Shown here: positions 8,522 to 17,617 of the stretch, piece by piece
Position numbering within the stretch: position 1 is the first letter of the stretch
Layout of the letters: each line of letters starts with the position of its first letter
Origin: a virus
Lineage: Duplodnaviria > Caudoviricetes
Length of the DNA stretch: 60,499 nt
Virus record (IMG/VR): IMGVR_UViG_3300048833_000767
Span: 1 to 60,499 of that record
Direction: 5' to 3' (one strand)
The notes under the pieces: model-generated
Databases searched by the model: none
Seen by the model: the letters and a program-made list of their open reading frames with translations, nothing else
Told to the model about the DNA's origin: nothing
Program-made: the position numbers and the translations under genes

Positions 8522-9583
8522 TTATGCGGCTCGCTTCTTATTCAAGCCAAGTCGTTCAAGGTTTTTGCGGTAGACGGCCGATGCCTCCGCTTTCTGGAAA
8601 TCGGTCAGCTTGCTACCCAGTGCGGTAATTTCGGAGATGGACAATTTCAGCTCCTCTGCCGACTCAGATATATCCAGCTTGAAAAGAGCATCGGCCAACT
8701 TGTCGGCGATATCAGGGTCAATAACCTCCTCCGGTACTGGTGCTGGATCCTGCTGGATAGTTTCAGCAACAGGTTCGGCTTCACCATCAATGACTGTGCC
8801 TTTGGCTGCTACGGTTGCCTGCTGCTCGGCACGCTTGGCTGCAGCCCTGGCAGCAAGGCTTTCTGTAGCAGACTTATTGCCACTATCTGGTCCGGGCGAT
8901 GTGAAATCTGGGTTGATTTCACGCTCCTCCAGTTCATCTACTGAGTAGACACCAAGGATCACGTCAGGGGTGTAGAGGCGAGCCCAGCGCTTGACGCCGA
9001 GATAGGCCAGCTGCTGCTTCGGATCGTCGGCCCAGAGCGTCGAGTTGCGCGTGCGAGCCTGCTGCAGCAGCAACACAACCTCACGCACCTGGCCGCTAGA
9101 TAGCGTCGCAATTACCTTTACACCGCAGCCCTTCTCATCAGCAAAGCTCCAGTCTGGTACCCGGTAAACCGCGCCTTTTTTATCGGGGTCCTTGCTCTGG
9201 ACCTCTTTGAACTTGCCAATGACACGTTCCCACGGCCCAAAAAACTCATAGTCAAAGCGTCCTTTGATGACGCCAGAGTTGACGACCACGGCATTCACCA
9301 ACTGGGCCTCATATCCAAGGGTGCCATTTACCAAGTGGGTCTTTTGCGCTACCGGGAAGGGATTCATACCCCACTGCACCGCTTGCAAACATATGGCAAA
9401 GCAGTCGGCCTGATTACCGCGCAGATGTTGTGGCACGGTAGTCTTGCCGCTGGCCATCATGGCTGCCATCTTGTCGATGCTCGCCATGAAATCCATATTC
9501 ATCATCAGGCTCAGCATGCTGGCCTGGCCGCGCTCGTTTGCCACTACAGCAGGGGCTGACTGGGTTGATACGGTATTTTGCAT
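8522..9583 (-). CDS. recT: RecT-family single-strand annealing protein
   Basis: VPQHLRGNQADC, WGMNPFPVAQKTH, LWADDPKQQLAY; follows exonuclease. Confidence 0.85.
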   Translation of the reverse strand: MQNTVSTQSAPAVVANERGQASMLSLMMNMDFMASIDKMAAMMASGKTTVPQHLRGNQADCFAICLQAVQWGMNPFPVAQKTHLVNGTLGYEAQLVNAVVVNSGVIKGRFDYEFFGPWERVIGKFKEVQSKDPDKKGAVYRVPDWSFADEKGCGVKVIATLSSGQVREVVLLLQQARTRNSTLWADDPKQQLAYLGVKRWARLYTPDVILGVYSVDELEEREINPDFTSPGPDSGNKSATESLAARAAAKRAEQQATVAAKGTVIDGEAEPVAETIQQDPAPVPEEVIDPDIADKLADALFKLDISESAEELKLSISEITALGSKLTDFQKAEASAVYRKNLERLGLNKKRAA

Positions 9584-9594
9584 ATTGAAGTTCC

Positions 9595-11004
9595 TTAGAA
9601 GAGGGTTTCAGGGAGCTCTTCAGCCGGCTCTTTGCTGCCGACCAGAGTAGGGGTGAATGGCTCTTCGTTGTTTATCCGGTGGCGTTCGGCCGCAGCTTGG
9701 TACTGTGGCACCGTGATCTCCCCCATGCCGTCGTGGCCTGGGTAGTAGTTCTGTTCTCGCCAGGTGACGATGTTGCGCACTGCCATATCGCGTAACTCGA
9801 GGGCGCGCCGCCTGTCTTCTTGGCTGTAGAAGTAGACGCCAACCATGATGGGCTTATAGACGTCGTGACCCAGTGGGCCGTCTTTCTCAACAGCGATGAA
9901 CACGAAGCTTGCTGGGTGACCCGTAACGGCCTCGTAACCATCGGTATAGTGGGCGTCCTGAATGTGGTAGTTGTGGGAGGAACCATCACGCGCAAATGCT
10001 GCCTCGCTGGCGTTTCGCACAAACTTCAGGTCAACCAGCACATGATCCGGCCGTTTCCAGTCCGGTCGGCACTTGAGAAGCTGGCCGGTTTCGGGGTGAT
10101 GCCAGTAGATGCTCGCTTCCGCTTCGCCTTCATCCAGCAGCACAGCCGCTTCTGGGTGATTCAGAACCGCTTCGCGATAGCGCAGAGCGTGGATGTATTC
10201 GTTATTAGTCACGATCACCCGGTCACCGGCCTGCTCACGAAACTGCTCTTTCAGCTCGTCCAGAAATTTTGCTTCAGGCTTGAAGGTGCGGATCCGCTCT
10301 GCCATTTCAGCCTTGGTGCCGCTCAGGGGGAGCGGATCCGGCAGTGTGGCAATGCGCTCGGCGCGCTCCAGCTCCTTGGCGCCAATCTTGGCGTAGTTCT
10401 CGAGCACAGCCTGATAGCTGCCCTTACTCTTGAGCGGCTTGGTCAGGGTGTCGTTGTAGGCTTTGACACACGCCTTGAGTGCTGTGGCGGTGCGCTTGTC
10501 ATCTTCACCGATGGTTTGGAAGCTCTCGGGGAGCTGGCAATATGCCGCCTCGGCATCGCCTACCGTAGTACCCAGCTCGATAGGGGGGATCAGCTTGGCG
10601 TTATATGCCTCAATGGCGTCAGCCAGTTCTTGCAGCTCAGGGCGCTTCTCGAGGCTGGCGTTGTATTCCTCGATTGTTGCCTTCATCTGGTCAGCGCCGG
10701 CAAAGGCATCTTCAGGCCATACCGGCTCAATGGCGTATTCGGTTTCGAAGTCGTTAAACTCCAGCACAATTTTGTGCAGGATCTTGCCCTCACGGAATGG
10801 AGTAGTTTCTTTCTGCTGGTTGCCGTCAATCTTGTAGTAGCGGTAGTGCTGGCCTGAGATCAGAGCCAGATCCAGGCTGCTTTTAGACTCACCGTCACTG
10901 CCGTGGTAAACATCGCTCGGGATATCGATATACATGCAGGGAGCTACAGGGATAAAGGCTTCAATCACCTGCTCGGCGATCTCGGTTTTCGCTGGTGCAT
11001 TCAT
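9595..11004 (-). CDS. recE: RecE/exonuclease VIII-like PD-(D/E)XK nuclease (DUF3799)
   Basis: YH...SKSSLD, KCRPD, VDLK, YHIQDAHY.DG, FVFIAVEK. Confidence 0.88.
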   Translation of the reverse strand: MNAPAKTEIAEQVIEAFIPVAPCMYIDIPSDVYHGSDGESKSSLDLALISGQHYRYYKIDGNQQKETTPFREGKILHKIVLEFNDFETEYAIEPVWPEDAFAGADQMKATIEEYNASLEKRPELQELADAIEAYNAKLIPPIELGTTVGDAEAAYCQLPESFQTIGEDDKRTATALKACVKAYNDTLTKPLKSKGSYQAVLENYAKIGAKELERAERIATLPDPLPLSGTKAEMAERIRTFKPEAKFLDELKEQFREQAGDRVIVTNNEYIHALRYREAVLNHPEAAVLLDEGEAEASIYWHHPETGQLLKCRPDWKRPDHVLVDLKFVRNASEAAFARDGSSHNYHIQDAHYTDGYEAVTGHPASFVFIAVEKDGPLGHDVYKPIMVGVYFYSQEDRRRALELRDMAVRNIVTWREQNYYPGHDGMGEITVPQYQAAAERHRINNEEPFTPTLVGSKEPAEELPETLF

Positions 11005-11203
11005 TTGGTCGGGTCCTTATGGTGGTTATCCGAAGGCGGCCACAGCTTCGACGCTATGGTGTTGCCAGCTCCACTAGAGCCGCCTTGGGATACCGGCTCG
11101 TAAGCCGGGATCCGTTCACGTTCACACGCCGCATTCCGAATTGACGGGTTATCGGCGCATCCCTACCGGCATCGGGATTCGTGGTTGTGAGCCGGTTCCA
11201 GAC

Positions 11204-11215
11204 TGTTAAAGAGCG
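11204..11215 (-). promoter_or_regulatory. boxA antitermination element
   Basis: reverse complement reads CGCTCTTTAACA, a consensus boxA, in the early-left leader. Confidence 0.75.
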
Positions 11216-11317
11216 AGCTCAGCCGAATTTGGCGTGAGCGAAGCCAAAGCATCCTTGCGGTGCTTGAAAAAGAGGCTTTGGCTACGGCGCTATGAGGGAA
11301 GCGCCAGACCCGGTGAA

Positions 11318-11569
11318 TCAGACTGACTCGATGCGGTACCGCATGCGTGCGTTAAGCATCATTCGATGGCCTTGCGGGATTCGGCCTAGTCGCTCATTGG
11401 CGATGGCGCGCTTTTCTGCCAGCTTCTGGCGGCGAATGTCGTCTGCGATTTCGCTGACGCGGCGGTGGAGGCGTGCTCTGCGAGCTTTGTTGCCGCTTAC
11501 GTGGTCAGCGATAGTGGCGATGATCTGGTCTGCGCTTTTCGCGGCTCTGGAAAAAATGCTCTTGGTCAT
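11318..11569 (-). CDS. Arg-rich small protein, possible N-like antiterminator
   Basis: GNKARRARLHRR; AGGAG RBS; near boxA. Confidence 0.55.
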   Translation of the reverse strand: MTKSIFSRAAKSADQIIATIADHVSGNKARRARLHRRVSEIADDIRRQKLAEKRAIANERLGRIPQGHRMMLNARMRYRIESV

Positions 11570-11863
11570 GGTACATTTGCTCCTGTTGATGGGTTGGTCC
11601 CCGTTAACACCAGCCCGCTTTGGCGTGGTTGGGTCCTGTTGCTGGGGTTGGTCCCCTGGCAATATGACTAGGGGTGGTACCCTGGTCCTTCGAAGCCCGC
11701 CTTGTGCGGGCTTTGTCGTTCTTACGCGCTGGTCAGGCGCTTTCTACTTTTCCCTGGTTAGGGGCGGGTCCTATTGCTGGCGGTCATTATTCGTTTCAAC
11801 CGGTTGAGCACTGAGGCAATGCTCATGCGGTTGAGTGCTCCCGCACTCGGCGAGAGCGACTGG

Positions 11864-12043
11864 TTATGCTGCCGCTTGCAGGCAGCCTGCACGGGTCCGG
11901 TGTTCCTTACCGGCCTCGGTTTTGACGGTGTAGAACAGGCCGCCACCGCGGCGCTTGCCGAGGTCAGTGATACCGGTGACCACGGCCGGAACGGTGACGC
12001 GGGTCCGAGGGTTGGTGTACTGCACAGGGTCATTCACTTTCAT
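11864..12043 (-). CDS. small hypothetical protein, first gene of left operon
   Basis: GAGGACCAACC-ATG start. Confidence 0.65.
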   Translation of the reverse strand: MKVNDPVQYTNPRTRVTVPAVVTGITDLGKRRGGGLFYTVKTEAGKEHRTRAGCLQAAA

Positions 12044-12114
12044 GGTTGGTCCTCTGGTTTGGTTCACACTGGCTTTATGTGAGGTGGCATCTCATCTATC
12101 AGACTGTAACTCAC

Positions 12115-12161
12115 TCGTTCTCGATAGTTGACGATATGGATTGTTATCGATCGAGAACGAT
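12115..12161. promoter_or_regulatory. candidate left operator/promoter
   Basis: CGATAGTTGACGAT (12122) and CGATCGAGAACGAT (12148) resemble the repeat at 12982. Confidence 0.55.
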
Positions 12162-12192
12162 TGGTCAATACACGATCGTGATTTTTTTAAAT

Positions 12193-12219
12193 AAAAAAGC
12201 CCCGCCTAATGGCGGGGCC
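12193..12219 (-). terminator. cI terminator
   Basis: GCCCCGCC-TAAT-GGCGGGGC with A-run downstream of cI. Confidence 0.7.
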
Positions 12220-12281
12220 TGTTGGGATGGGGTTTAGCTGGCGCTATTGGTTGCGGATTAGCGGGTCTCTGAACCTATGAC

Positions 12282-12893
12282 TCAACCTCTACGCTCAACC
12301 ATTCTCCCAAGGATGATCACATCTTTCGAGGAGATTACAGGAAGGCGTTCATCATCAACACCAAAGGCCCACCCCTCAATCGCCGGTATAGATCGAAGAA
12401 GTTTTGCTTGGTTGGCTCGAGTTATTTGTACGAGTAAAACGGCATCTGCTTCTATCTTGTTTATCCCAAGATCGATCACACATACATCGCCCTGCACGAT
12501 CCCTTGTTTGGATAGCTGATCGTTAGGAGCTTCAACCCCAATAAGTGCTCCAGGCATTTCGGTGAGCAGCATTCTGTCTGAGCTGACAAGCGGGAGCGAG
12601 TCAGTTGGGTGTTGCAACACTTCATCAATCGTGAGCACTGGTATTCGATAAACGCTATTTACCAAGTCGCTAACCACTTCAATAGATGGGCGACCGGTGT
12701 ACAGCTCGATTGGATCTACCGATAGAGCTTTTGCGAGGCCGAACAAAGTGGAAACCCGAACGTCTTTGAGAGGGTTACTTAGAAGGTTTGATACAAGAGA
12801 TTTGGATATACCAGCCCTTCTGGCTATCTCGGATACACCAAGACCTTGCTCTTCCATTCTCGCCCTGACTCGTTCGTTAAATGAAGGTTTCAT
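12282..12893 (-). CDS. cI: CI-like repressor (XRE HTH + degenerate S24 domain)
   Basis: HTH VSEIARRAGISKSLVS; divergent from cro. Confidence 0.85.
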   Translation of the reverse strand: MKPSFNERVRARMEEQGLGVSEIARRAGISKSLVSNLLSNPLKDVRVSTLFGLAKALSVDPIELYTGRPSIEVVSDLVNSVYRIPVLTIDEVLQHPTDSLPLVSSDRMLLTEMPGALIGVEAPNDQLSKQGIVQGDVCVIDLGINKIEADAVLLVQITRANQAKLLRSIPAIEGWAFGVDDERLPVISSKDVIILGRMVERRG

Positions 12894-12956
12894 GTCGCCT
12901 GCTGCAAGTTATCGATTGTGAACAAATTTTATGATGTATATTGTTCTCATTGGTTG

Positions 12957-12995
12957 TTGAGTATTACGTTTTCATTGGTTACGATAGTGAACGAT
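12957..12995 (+). promoter_or_regulatory. pR promoter with overlapping operator
   Basis: TTGAGT-N17-TACGAT; CGATAGTGAACGAT overlaps the -10. Confidence 0.65.
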
Positions 12996-13025
12996 TGCCA
13001 GTAGCCCACACCAAGGACCCGACCA

Positions 13026-13241
13026 ATGAAGAAACGTGAAGTGATTGAGTATTTCGGCAACATGGCTCGCGCTATGAAAGCTATAGGCATATCCCGCAGC
13101 CTCGCCGTGAAGTGGGGCGACGTGATCCCTGCCCAGCATGCAGTCAGCTTTGTCATCGCCAGCAATGGTGAGCTGCGTCTGGGGTTAGACGATTACCCCC
13201 TGGACAAAGAGCAGGAACAACCCACTCAACAGGCCGCCTGA
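13026..13241 (+). CDS. cro: Cro-like repressor
   Basis: VIEYFG...AIGISRSLAVKWGDVIP; divergent from cI. Confidence 0.88.
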   Translation: MKKREVIEYFGNMARAMKAIGISRSLAVKWGDVIPAQHAVSFVIASNGELRLGLDDYPLDKEQEQPTQQAA

Positions 13242-13279
13242 CCACCGGCCTTCACTACCGCACCAAGAGGACCAACTCA

Positions 13280-13669
13280 ATGGGACGCCCAGCATTATCT
13301 GATCACGAAAAAATGGATTCTATTTCACCGCTTCGCGTGCGCGGCAACCCTGCTCAGCGCCGAGTGTGGCAAGAGGTCGGTGCCGAGCTGCAGATGACCG
13401 AGACCGCATTTGCGCGCACCTCGCTGCTGATCCTGCTCAAGGCCATATCACAGCATGAGCCACAGATCCTGGCGAGAGCCGTCAAACGGGCCAATCGGAG
13501 CCTTCTCGAACAGGGATATCCGCCTGTGACAGTCGGGGAAATACTGGATGGATCCGGTTTACCCGAGCGCGGCCTCCTGCAGTTCACCTCTGAGGATGAG
13601 GCGACATACAACGAGGAGCGCCCGCTGCGTCCCCTGCAAAAACTCATCAACTTCGTTCTCGGGAGGTAA
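13280..13669 (+). CDS. hypothetical regulator at CII position
   Basis: follows cro, good RBS. Confidence 0.65.
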   Translation: MGRPALSDHEKMDSISPLRVRGNPAQRRVWQEVGAELQMTETAFARTSLLILLKAISQHEPQILARAVKRANRSLLEQGYPPVTVGEILDGSGLPERGLLQFTSEDEATYNEERPLRPLQKLINFVLGR

Positions 13670-13673
13670 CACC

Positions 13674-13892
13674 GTGACCACGCAAATCAGACCGCCACGC
13701 CCAGCATCACAACACGTCAGCGTTCGCGAAAACATCATTTTGAAGGCCGTGATCCATGAGTTGGCACTTGAGTTGGATACTGCACTTATCCCGACTGCAC
13801 ATGCCGCCGGTACCGATCGGCAGGCACTGCGCCTGGCCCGCGAGCTACAGTCCCGCACAGTTGAGCGTGCAGAGGCCCAACCCAGCGCATAA
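13674..13892 (+). CDS. hypothetical protein
   Basis: GGAGGT RBS then GTG. Confidence 0.6.
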   Translation: MTTQIRPPRPASQHVSVRENIILKAVIHELALELDTALIPTAHAAGTDRQALRLARELQSRTVERAEAQPSA

Positions 13893-13942
13893 CCACTATC
13901 TGCCCGCCTGACCAGCGGGCGTTTCGAACCAGGACCTGACCA

Positions 13943-14101
13943 ATGACCAAACCAACCATGGCCCATGGGGGACACCCCTTGCCGCACGATCTCGATCACT
14001 GCCCGCAGTGTGGCTGTGAACTGCGATCCGGCACTGACGATAACGCTTATGAGTGCCCCGCTTGCGAGTACACCGAGCAGGAGGTGGCGTATGCATCCTA
14101 A
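13943..14101 (+). CDS. 52-aa zinc-ribbon protein (not in ORF track)
   Basis: CPQCG...CPACE; AGGACCTGACCA-ATG start. Confidence 0.65.
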   Translation: MTKPTMAHGGHPLPHDLDHCPQCGCELRSGTDDNAYECPACEYTEQEVAYAS

Positions 14102-14336
14102 AGAGTTCATCGATCGCAATGTACGCCTGCTCCTGCTGGCTGACGGATTTTCCGATGAGGCCACCCACCTGGCCTGCAAAGAGGCCGTGAGCCACTACGA
14201 GAAGACACCAGCTTTCCGCAAGGGGGCTGTGTTCTCGGAGTGTCTGCGCGTTGCCAAGCGCATGGCGAAGCTAGTCCAGAAAAAGCAGCGTCAGCAGGCG
14301 AGGGCGGATAAGAAGAAAGGGAGGGTGGCGGCATGA
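14091..14336 (+). CDS. hypothetical basic protein
   Basis: GGAGGT RBS, ATG 14091, coupled to replication gene. Confidence 0.65.
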   Translation: MHPKEFIDRNVRLLLLADGFSDEATHLACKEAVSHYEKTPAFRKGAVFSECLRVAKRMAKLVQKKQRQQARADKKKGRVAA

Positions 14337-15094
14337 GCATGCTACTGATGGCCAAGGCCATGAGCATCAAAGTGGGAAACCCATTGCGAAAGCTCGTGCT
14401 GATCAAGCTGGCGGATAACGCCAGCGATACCGGTGAGTGCTGGCCGTCATACCAACACATTGCAGATCAGTGCGAGATCTCCCGACGCTCAGTGATTAAC
14501 CATATCGATGCATTGTGTGAAGTGGGGCTCCTGACAAAGGAGTCTCGAGTCGGTCCCAAAGGAAAGCGATCCAACGTCTATGTGCTCACGTTAGATGGTG
14601 CAGGAGCTGCACATCCAGAGGTGCAGGAGATTCACCAGGGTAGTGCAGGAGCTGCACTAGGGGGTGGTGCAGGAGATGCACATAGAATCAGTCACTCTTT
14701 AGAACCAGTCATTGATCCAAAGATCCCCCCTGTATCCCCCCAGGGGGAAAATCGACCCGCAAGTGAAACCCCGCGACGGGGTACCCGTTTGCCGAACGAC
14801 TGGAGGCTTCCAGGTGAGTGGGGGAGGTGGGCTATCCAGGAGACAGGGCTCCCCAGAGAGCGGATCCTGATGGAGGCGGCTACGTTCGCTGATTACTGGC
14901 AGGCGCTGCCCGGTGCCAAGGCCGTCAAGCTGGATTGGGAGAAGACCTGGCGCAACTGGATTCGCCGGGCGGCAAGCTCGTTTCGAACCGCAGCGCAGCG
15001 CAAGCCACTGGCCAACATCCAGGCTGCGCAGCAGGCCGCACAAGCTCTGAGAGAGTCGGGGAGGGGGGACTATGACGACAGCACTCCGCTCTAG
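14333..15094 (+). CDS. replication initiator (O-like, N-terminal wHTH)
   Basis: KLVLIKLADNA.D.GECWPSYQHIA; DW..TWRNWIRR; internal iterons. Confidence 0.88.
   Translation: MSMLLMAKAMSIKVGNPLRKLVLIKLADNASDTGECWPSYQHIADQCEISRRSVINHIDALCEVGLLTKESRVGPKGKRSNVYVLTLDGAGAAHPEVQEIHQGSAGAALGGGAGDAHRISHSLEPVIDPKIPPVSPQGENRPASETPRRGTRLPNDWRLPGEWGRWAIQETGLPRERILMEAATFADYWQALPGAKAVKLDWEKTWRNWIRRAASSFRTAAQRKPLANIQAAQQAAQALRESGRGDYDDSTPL
14598..14681 (+). repeat. four iterons, probable replication origin
   Basis: GTGCAGGAG(C/A)T(G/T)CAC at 14598, 14621, 14643, 14667. Confidence 0.75.
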
Positions 15095-15560
15095 CCAGAC
15101 AAGCGCCCTGAGTACGCCAGGGGACGCGCTGCAGGTCAGTGCTCGCATGTCGGTATTCTTGGCTGAGGAGCTGCTGCCGCTGATGGCCGGGCTCTGGCCA
15201 GCCAGTTCTAACCAGCTGGACAGCAATGCTCGTGGAGTAGCGCTGGCCTGGGGGAGTTTACTCAGGGGCTTCAATGCTCAGCAGATCCGCGAGGCGGTGC
15301 TGCAGCTCGGAGAGGATGCCGATCGACAGTTCGCGCCGCGGCCGGCGGAGGTGAGGGGCGTCATTCTGCGGAATAATCCTGTCCCCCGAGCTGCGCCAGT
15401 TGGGCGCCAGGTGTCTCTCAGAGTTTGTGAGATGGAGGCCGAGGTGCGAGTTTACCTACGGAATCGCAGTGTGCCGGCAGAGGAGGTTGCTGCCGAGTTG
15501 CAGAAGGTGTTGGCTGAGAAGGCGAGGCAGGGGGTTAATATAACTAGCCGGGTGTCATAA
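15072..15560 (+). CDS. replication protein P-like helicase loader
   Basis: follows O; W..LL.G....QI, FAPRPAE. Confidence 0.65.
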   Translation: MTTALRSSQTSALSTPGDALQVSARMSVFLAEELLPLMAGLWPASSNQLDSNARGVALAWGSLLRGFNAQQIREAVLQLGEDADRQFAPRPAEVRGVILRNNPVPRAAPVGRQVSLRVCEMEAEVRVYLRNRSVPAEEVAAELQKVLAEKARQGVNITSRVS

Positions 15561-15666
15561 TTAATGTATTCACTGGTGCGCCTAAACGGGCGTAAGTATC
15601 AGGAGTTGTAAGAGGTGTGGGGAACACCGGCCTGAGGCCGGCGTATGGAGGAGACTTTACTTTAAA

Positions 15667-16401
15667 TTATACAGCCTCTGCTTGAAGGGTATGTAATTGA
15701 CTAAGTTCTGTAATGCTCTTAGCCATATATAGTGCTAGCTGACTGCAAAATTCTCTATAGAGTGAAACATCATCGATAATTTGGTTTACCATTTCTGGTC
15801 TTGGGAGAGAATTTTGATGAATCAATGAATTTCTAATTCCGGTTAAAGTGTCGAATTTTGCCTTTATATCAACTTCACGTTTTATTTTTTCGTCAGAAAG
15901 CATGGTTTCTTCATCTATGTATACCTTGCAGTTATCAAATATATTATGAATGCAAATCCTATCAAAAAGGGATTTGAGTTCATTACTCCCATGCTTCCCG
16001 TAGTTAAAGCTTGTATCAATCTTTAACTCTGTGACAGGAGATGAACATGAAACTATTTCAGCCAGCTTTATTAAGCTACTCTTACACCTAATACTTCTTT
16101 TGTTTATTTGAGATATAATTTGTTCGTTGAAGTAGTTTTGCACATAGGACATTATTAGTCGCTCTGGTATTTTATCTCTAGGTAGTGCGAGTTGTTCTAT
16201 TTTATATACAAATTCTTCTGCTATAGACTCAAAAAAACACTCTAAATGGGTACCAAGAAACAAAATTATGGCGCGTTGCATTAAGGCGCTTTTATCTTCT
16301 CTTCCAAGTTTCAAGTATAGAGAAGACGTTTTGCTTAGTATTGCTATTTCTACTAGCGATTTATCTAAATCATCTAAAGCATCAAATTTTATTTCACTCA
16401 T
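15667..16401 (-). CDS. HEPN-domain protein (MAE_28990/18760-like)
   Basis: HLE.FFE helix and RNSLIH (Rx4H). Confidence 0.8.
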   Translation of the reverse strand: MSEIKFDALDDLDKSLVEIAILSKTSSLYLKLGREDKSALMQRAIILFLGTHLECFFESIAEEFVYKIEQLALPRDKIPERLIMSYVQNYFNEQIISQINKRSIRCKSSLIKLAEIVSCSSPVTELKIDTSFNYGKHGSNELKSLFDRICIHNIFDNCKVYIDEETMLSDEKIKREVDIKAKFDTLTGIRNSLIHQNSLPRPEMVNQIIDDVSLYREFCSQLALYMAKSITELSQLHTLQAEAV

Positions 16402-17522
16402 GATTTGATTATACCAAAAGCTTGCAGAGCTAGAGTTAATCGCGTTTCAATTTTTCTCGAATCAGATGTCCCAAGTGTTATCGAGTCAACAAATGTTGGG
16501 TTTTTACAAAGCTCCGAAATTATGTTCTCAAGTTCCTCTTTATTTTCAACACATATTTTCTTGTCTAAAACTGAAAAGCATAACATGACTATATCGGATA
16601 GAGACCTATTAACTCTAACTTCCTTAGCTCCATCTGGTAAAACTCTTCTAAATGCGGTAGCGCCCAAAACAGAATTTATATTATCCATTGTATGTAAGAA
16701 CAGGTCTCTTAGCTCGCAAATTCTTGACTCTGTCATTGTTTGGTTTTTTACCATGTAATTATTAAGGAAGGTTTTCATTCTTCCTGGGTAATTTAGTTCT
16801 CCAGTGTTTAAATTTATGTTTTCGCGAATTGCAAAAAATCGCAAGATAAGTTCTGCATCAGCGAATCTTTTATGTGGCTCTGTAATTTTTAAGCATGACT
16901 GGAAAACTTTGTTATTACGACATTCTTTAATGAAAGAATTAAAGCTACCTCTATACAGGCAATTTCTGAGTTCTTGCTCATTAAGTTTTACTGAACCAGT
17001 GTTAAGACGCATAAAGACATCGTATTTAATTTCTGGATGAGTTTCCGCCAAAAGAACCACCACCCTAAGCATACCATTGTTCAGTATTCGTTTTGGCTTG
17101 GGTGGGAGGTTGTGGTAAGTCAGGCCATTTAACTCGTTTAAAACATCTAGTTTAGTCAACTTAAATTCATTTTTAAAGTATCGTTCTAAACTAGTAAGAC
17201 GTTGTAATCCATCTATGACATTCCATTGAGATTCATCATTTTCTGCTACATATATAACAGGGATTGGAATGTTTAATAGTATTGACTCGATTAATAGAGA
17301 TGCCTTTTTATTATCCCAAAGGTAGTTTCTCTGATAGTCAGGGTCTAGATCAATATCCTGGTCATCAATCATAGCTATAAGATCCCTAACGCTTTTGTCA
17401 TATGACTGCGTTCTTAGGTGCCTTACCTCTTTGGGGATTTCAACAGGCTCAGTTTCTTCATCACCATATGTGTCTTCAAAATTATCTTTTTCATCAACAT
17501 CATTAAAATAATCAATGCTCAT
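16398..17522 (-). CDS. DUF262 (ParB/GmrS-like) protein
   Basis: PDYQRNYLW, LIESILLNIPIP, VIDGLQRL, FMRLNTG. Confidence 0.92.
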   Translation of the reverse strand: MSIDYFNDVDEKDNFEDTYGDEETEPVEIPKEVRHLRTQSYDKSVRDLIAMIDDQDIDLDPDYQRNYLWDNKKASLLIESILLNIPIPVIYVAENDESQWNVIDGLQRLTSLERYFKNEFKLTKLDVLNELNGLTYHNLPPKPKRILNNGMLRVVVLLAETHPEIKYDVFMRLNTGSVKLNEQELRNCLYRGSFNSFIKECRNNKVFQSCLKITEPHKRFADAELILRFFAIRENINLNTGELNYPGRMKTFLNNYMVKNQTMTESRICELRDLFLHTMDNINSVLGATAFRRVLPDGAKEVRVNRSLSDIVMLCFSVLDKKICVENKEELENIISELCKNPTFVDSITLGTSDSRKIETRLTLALQAFGIIKS

Positions 17523-17617
17523 ACTTTTCTCACATGTGTTTATTGGTTTTAGTCAACGTTGGGATTTTGTATAAATAGAATGCGTAGTAATTTACTGGCT
17601 GTGTAAAACATAAATTA

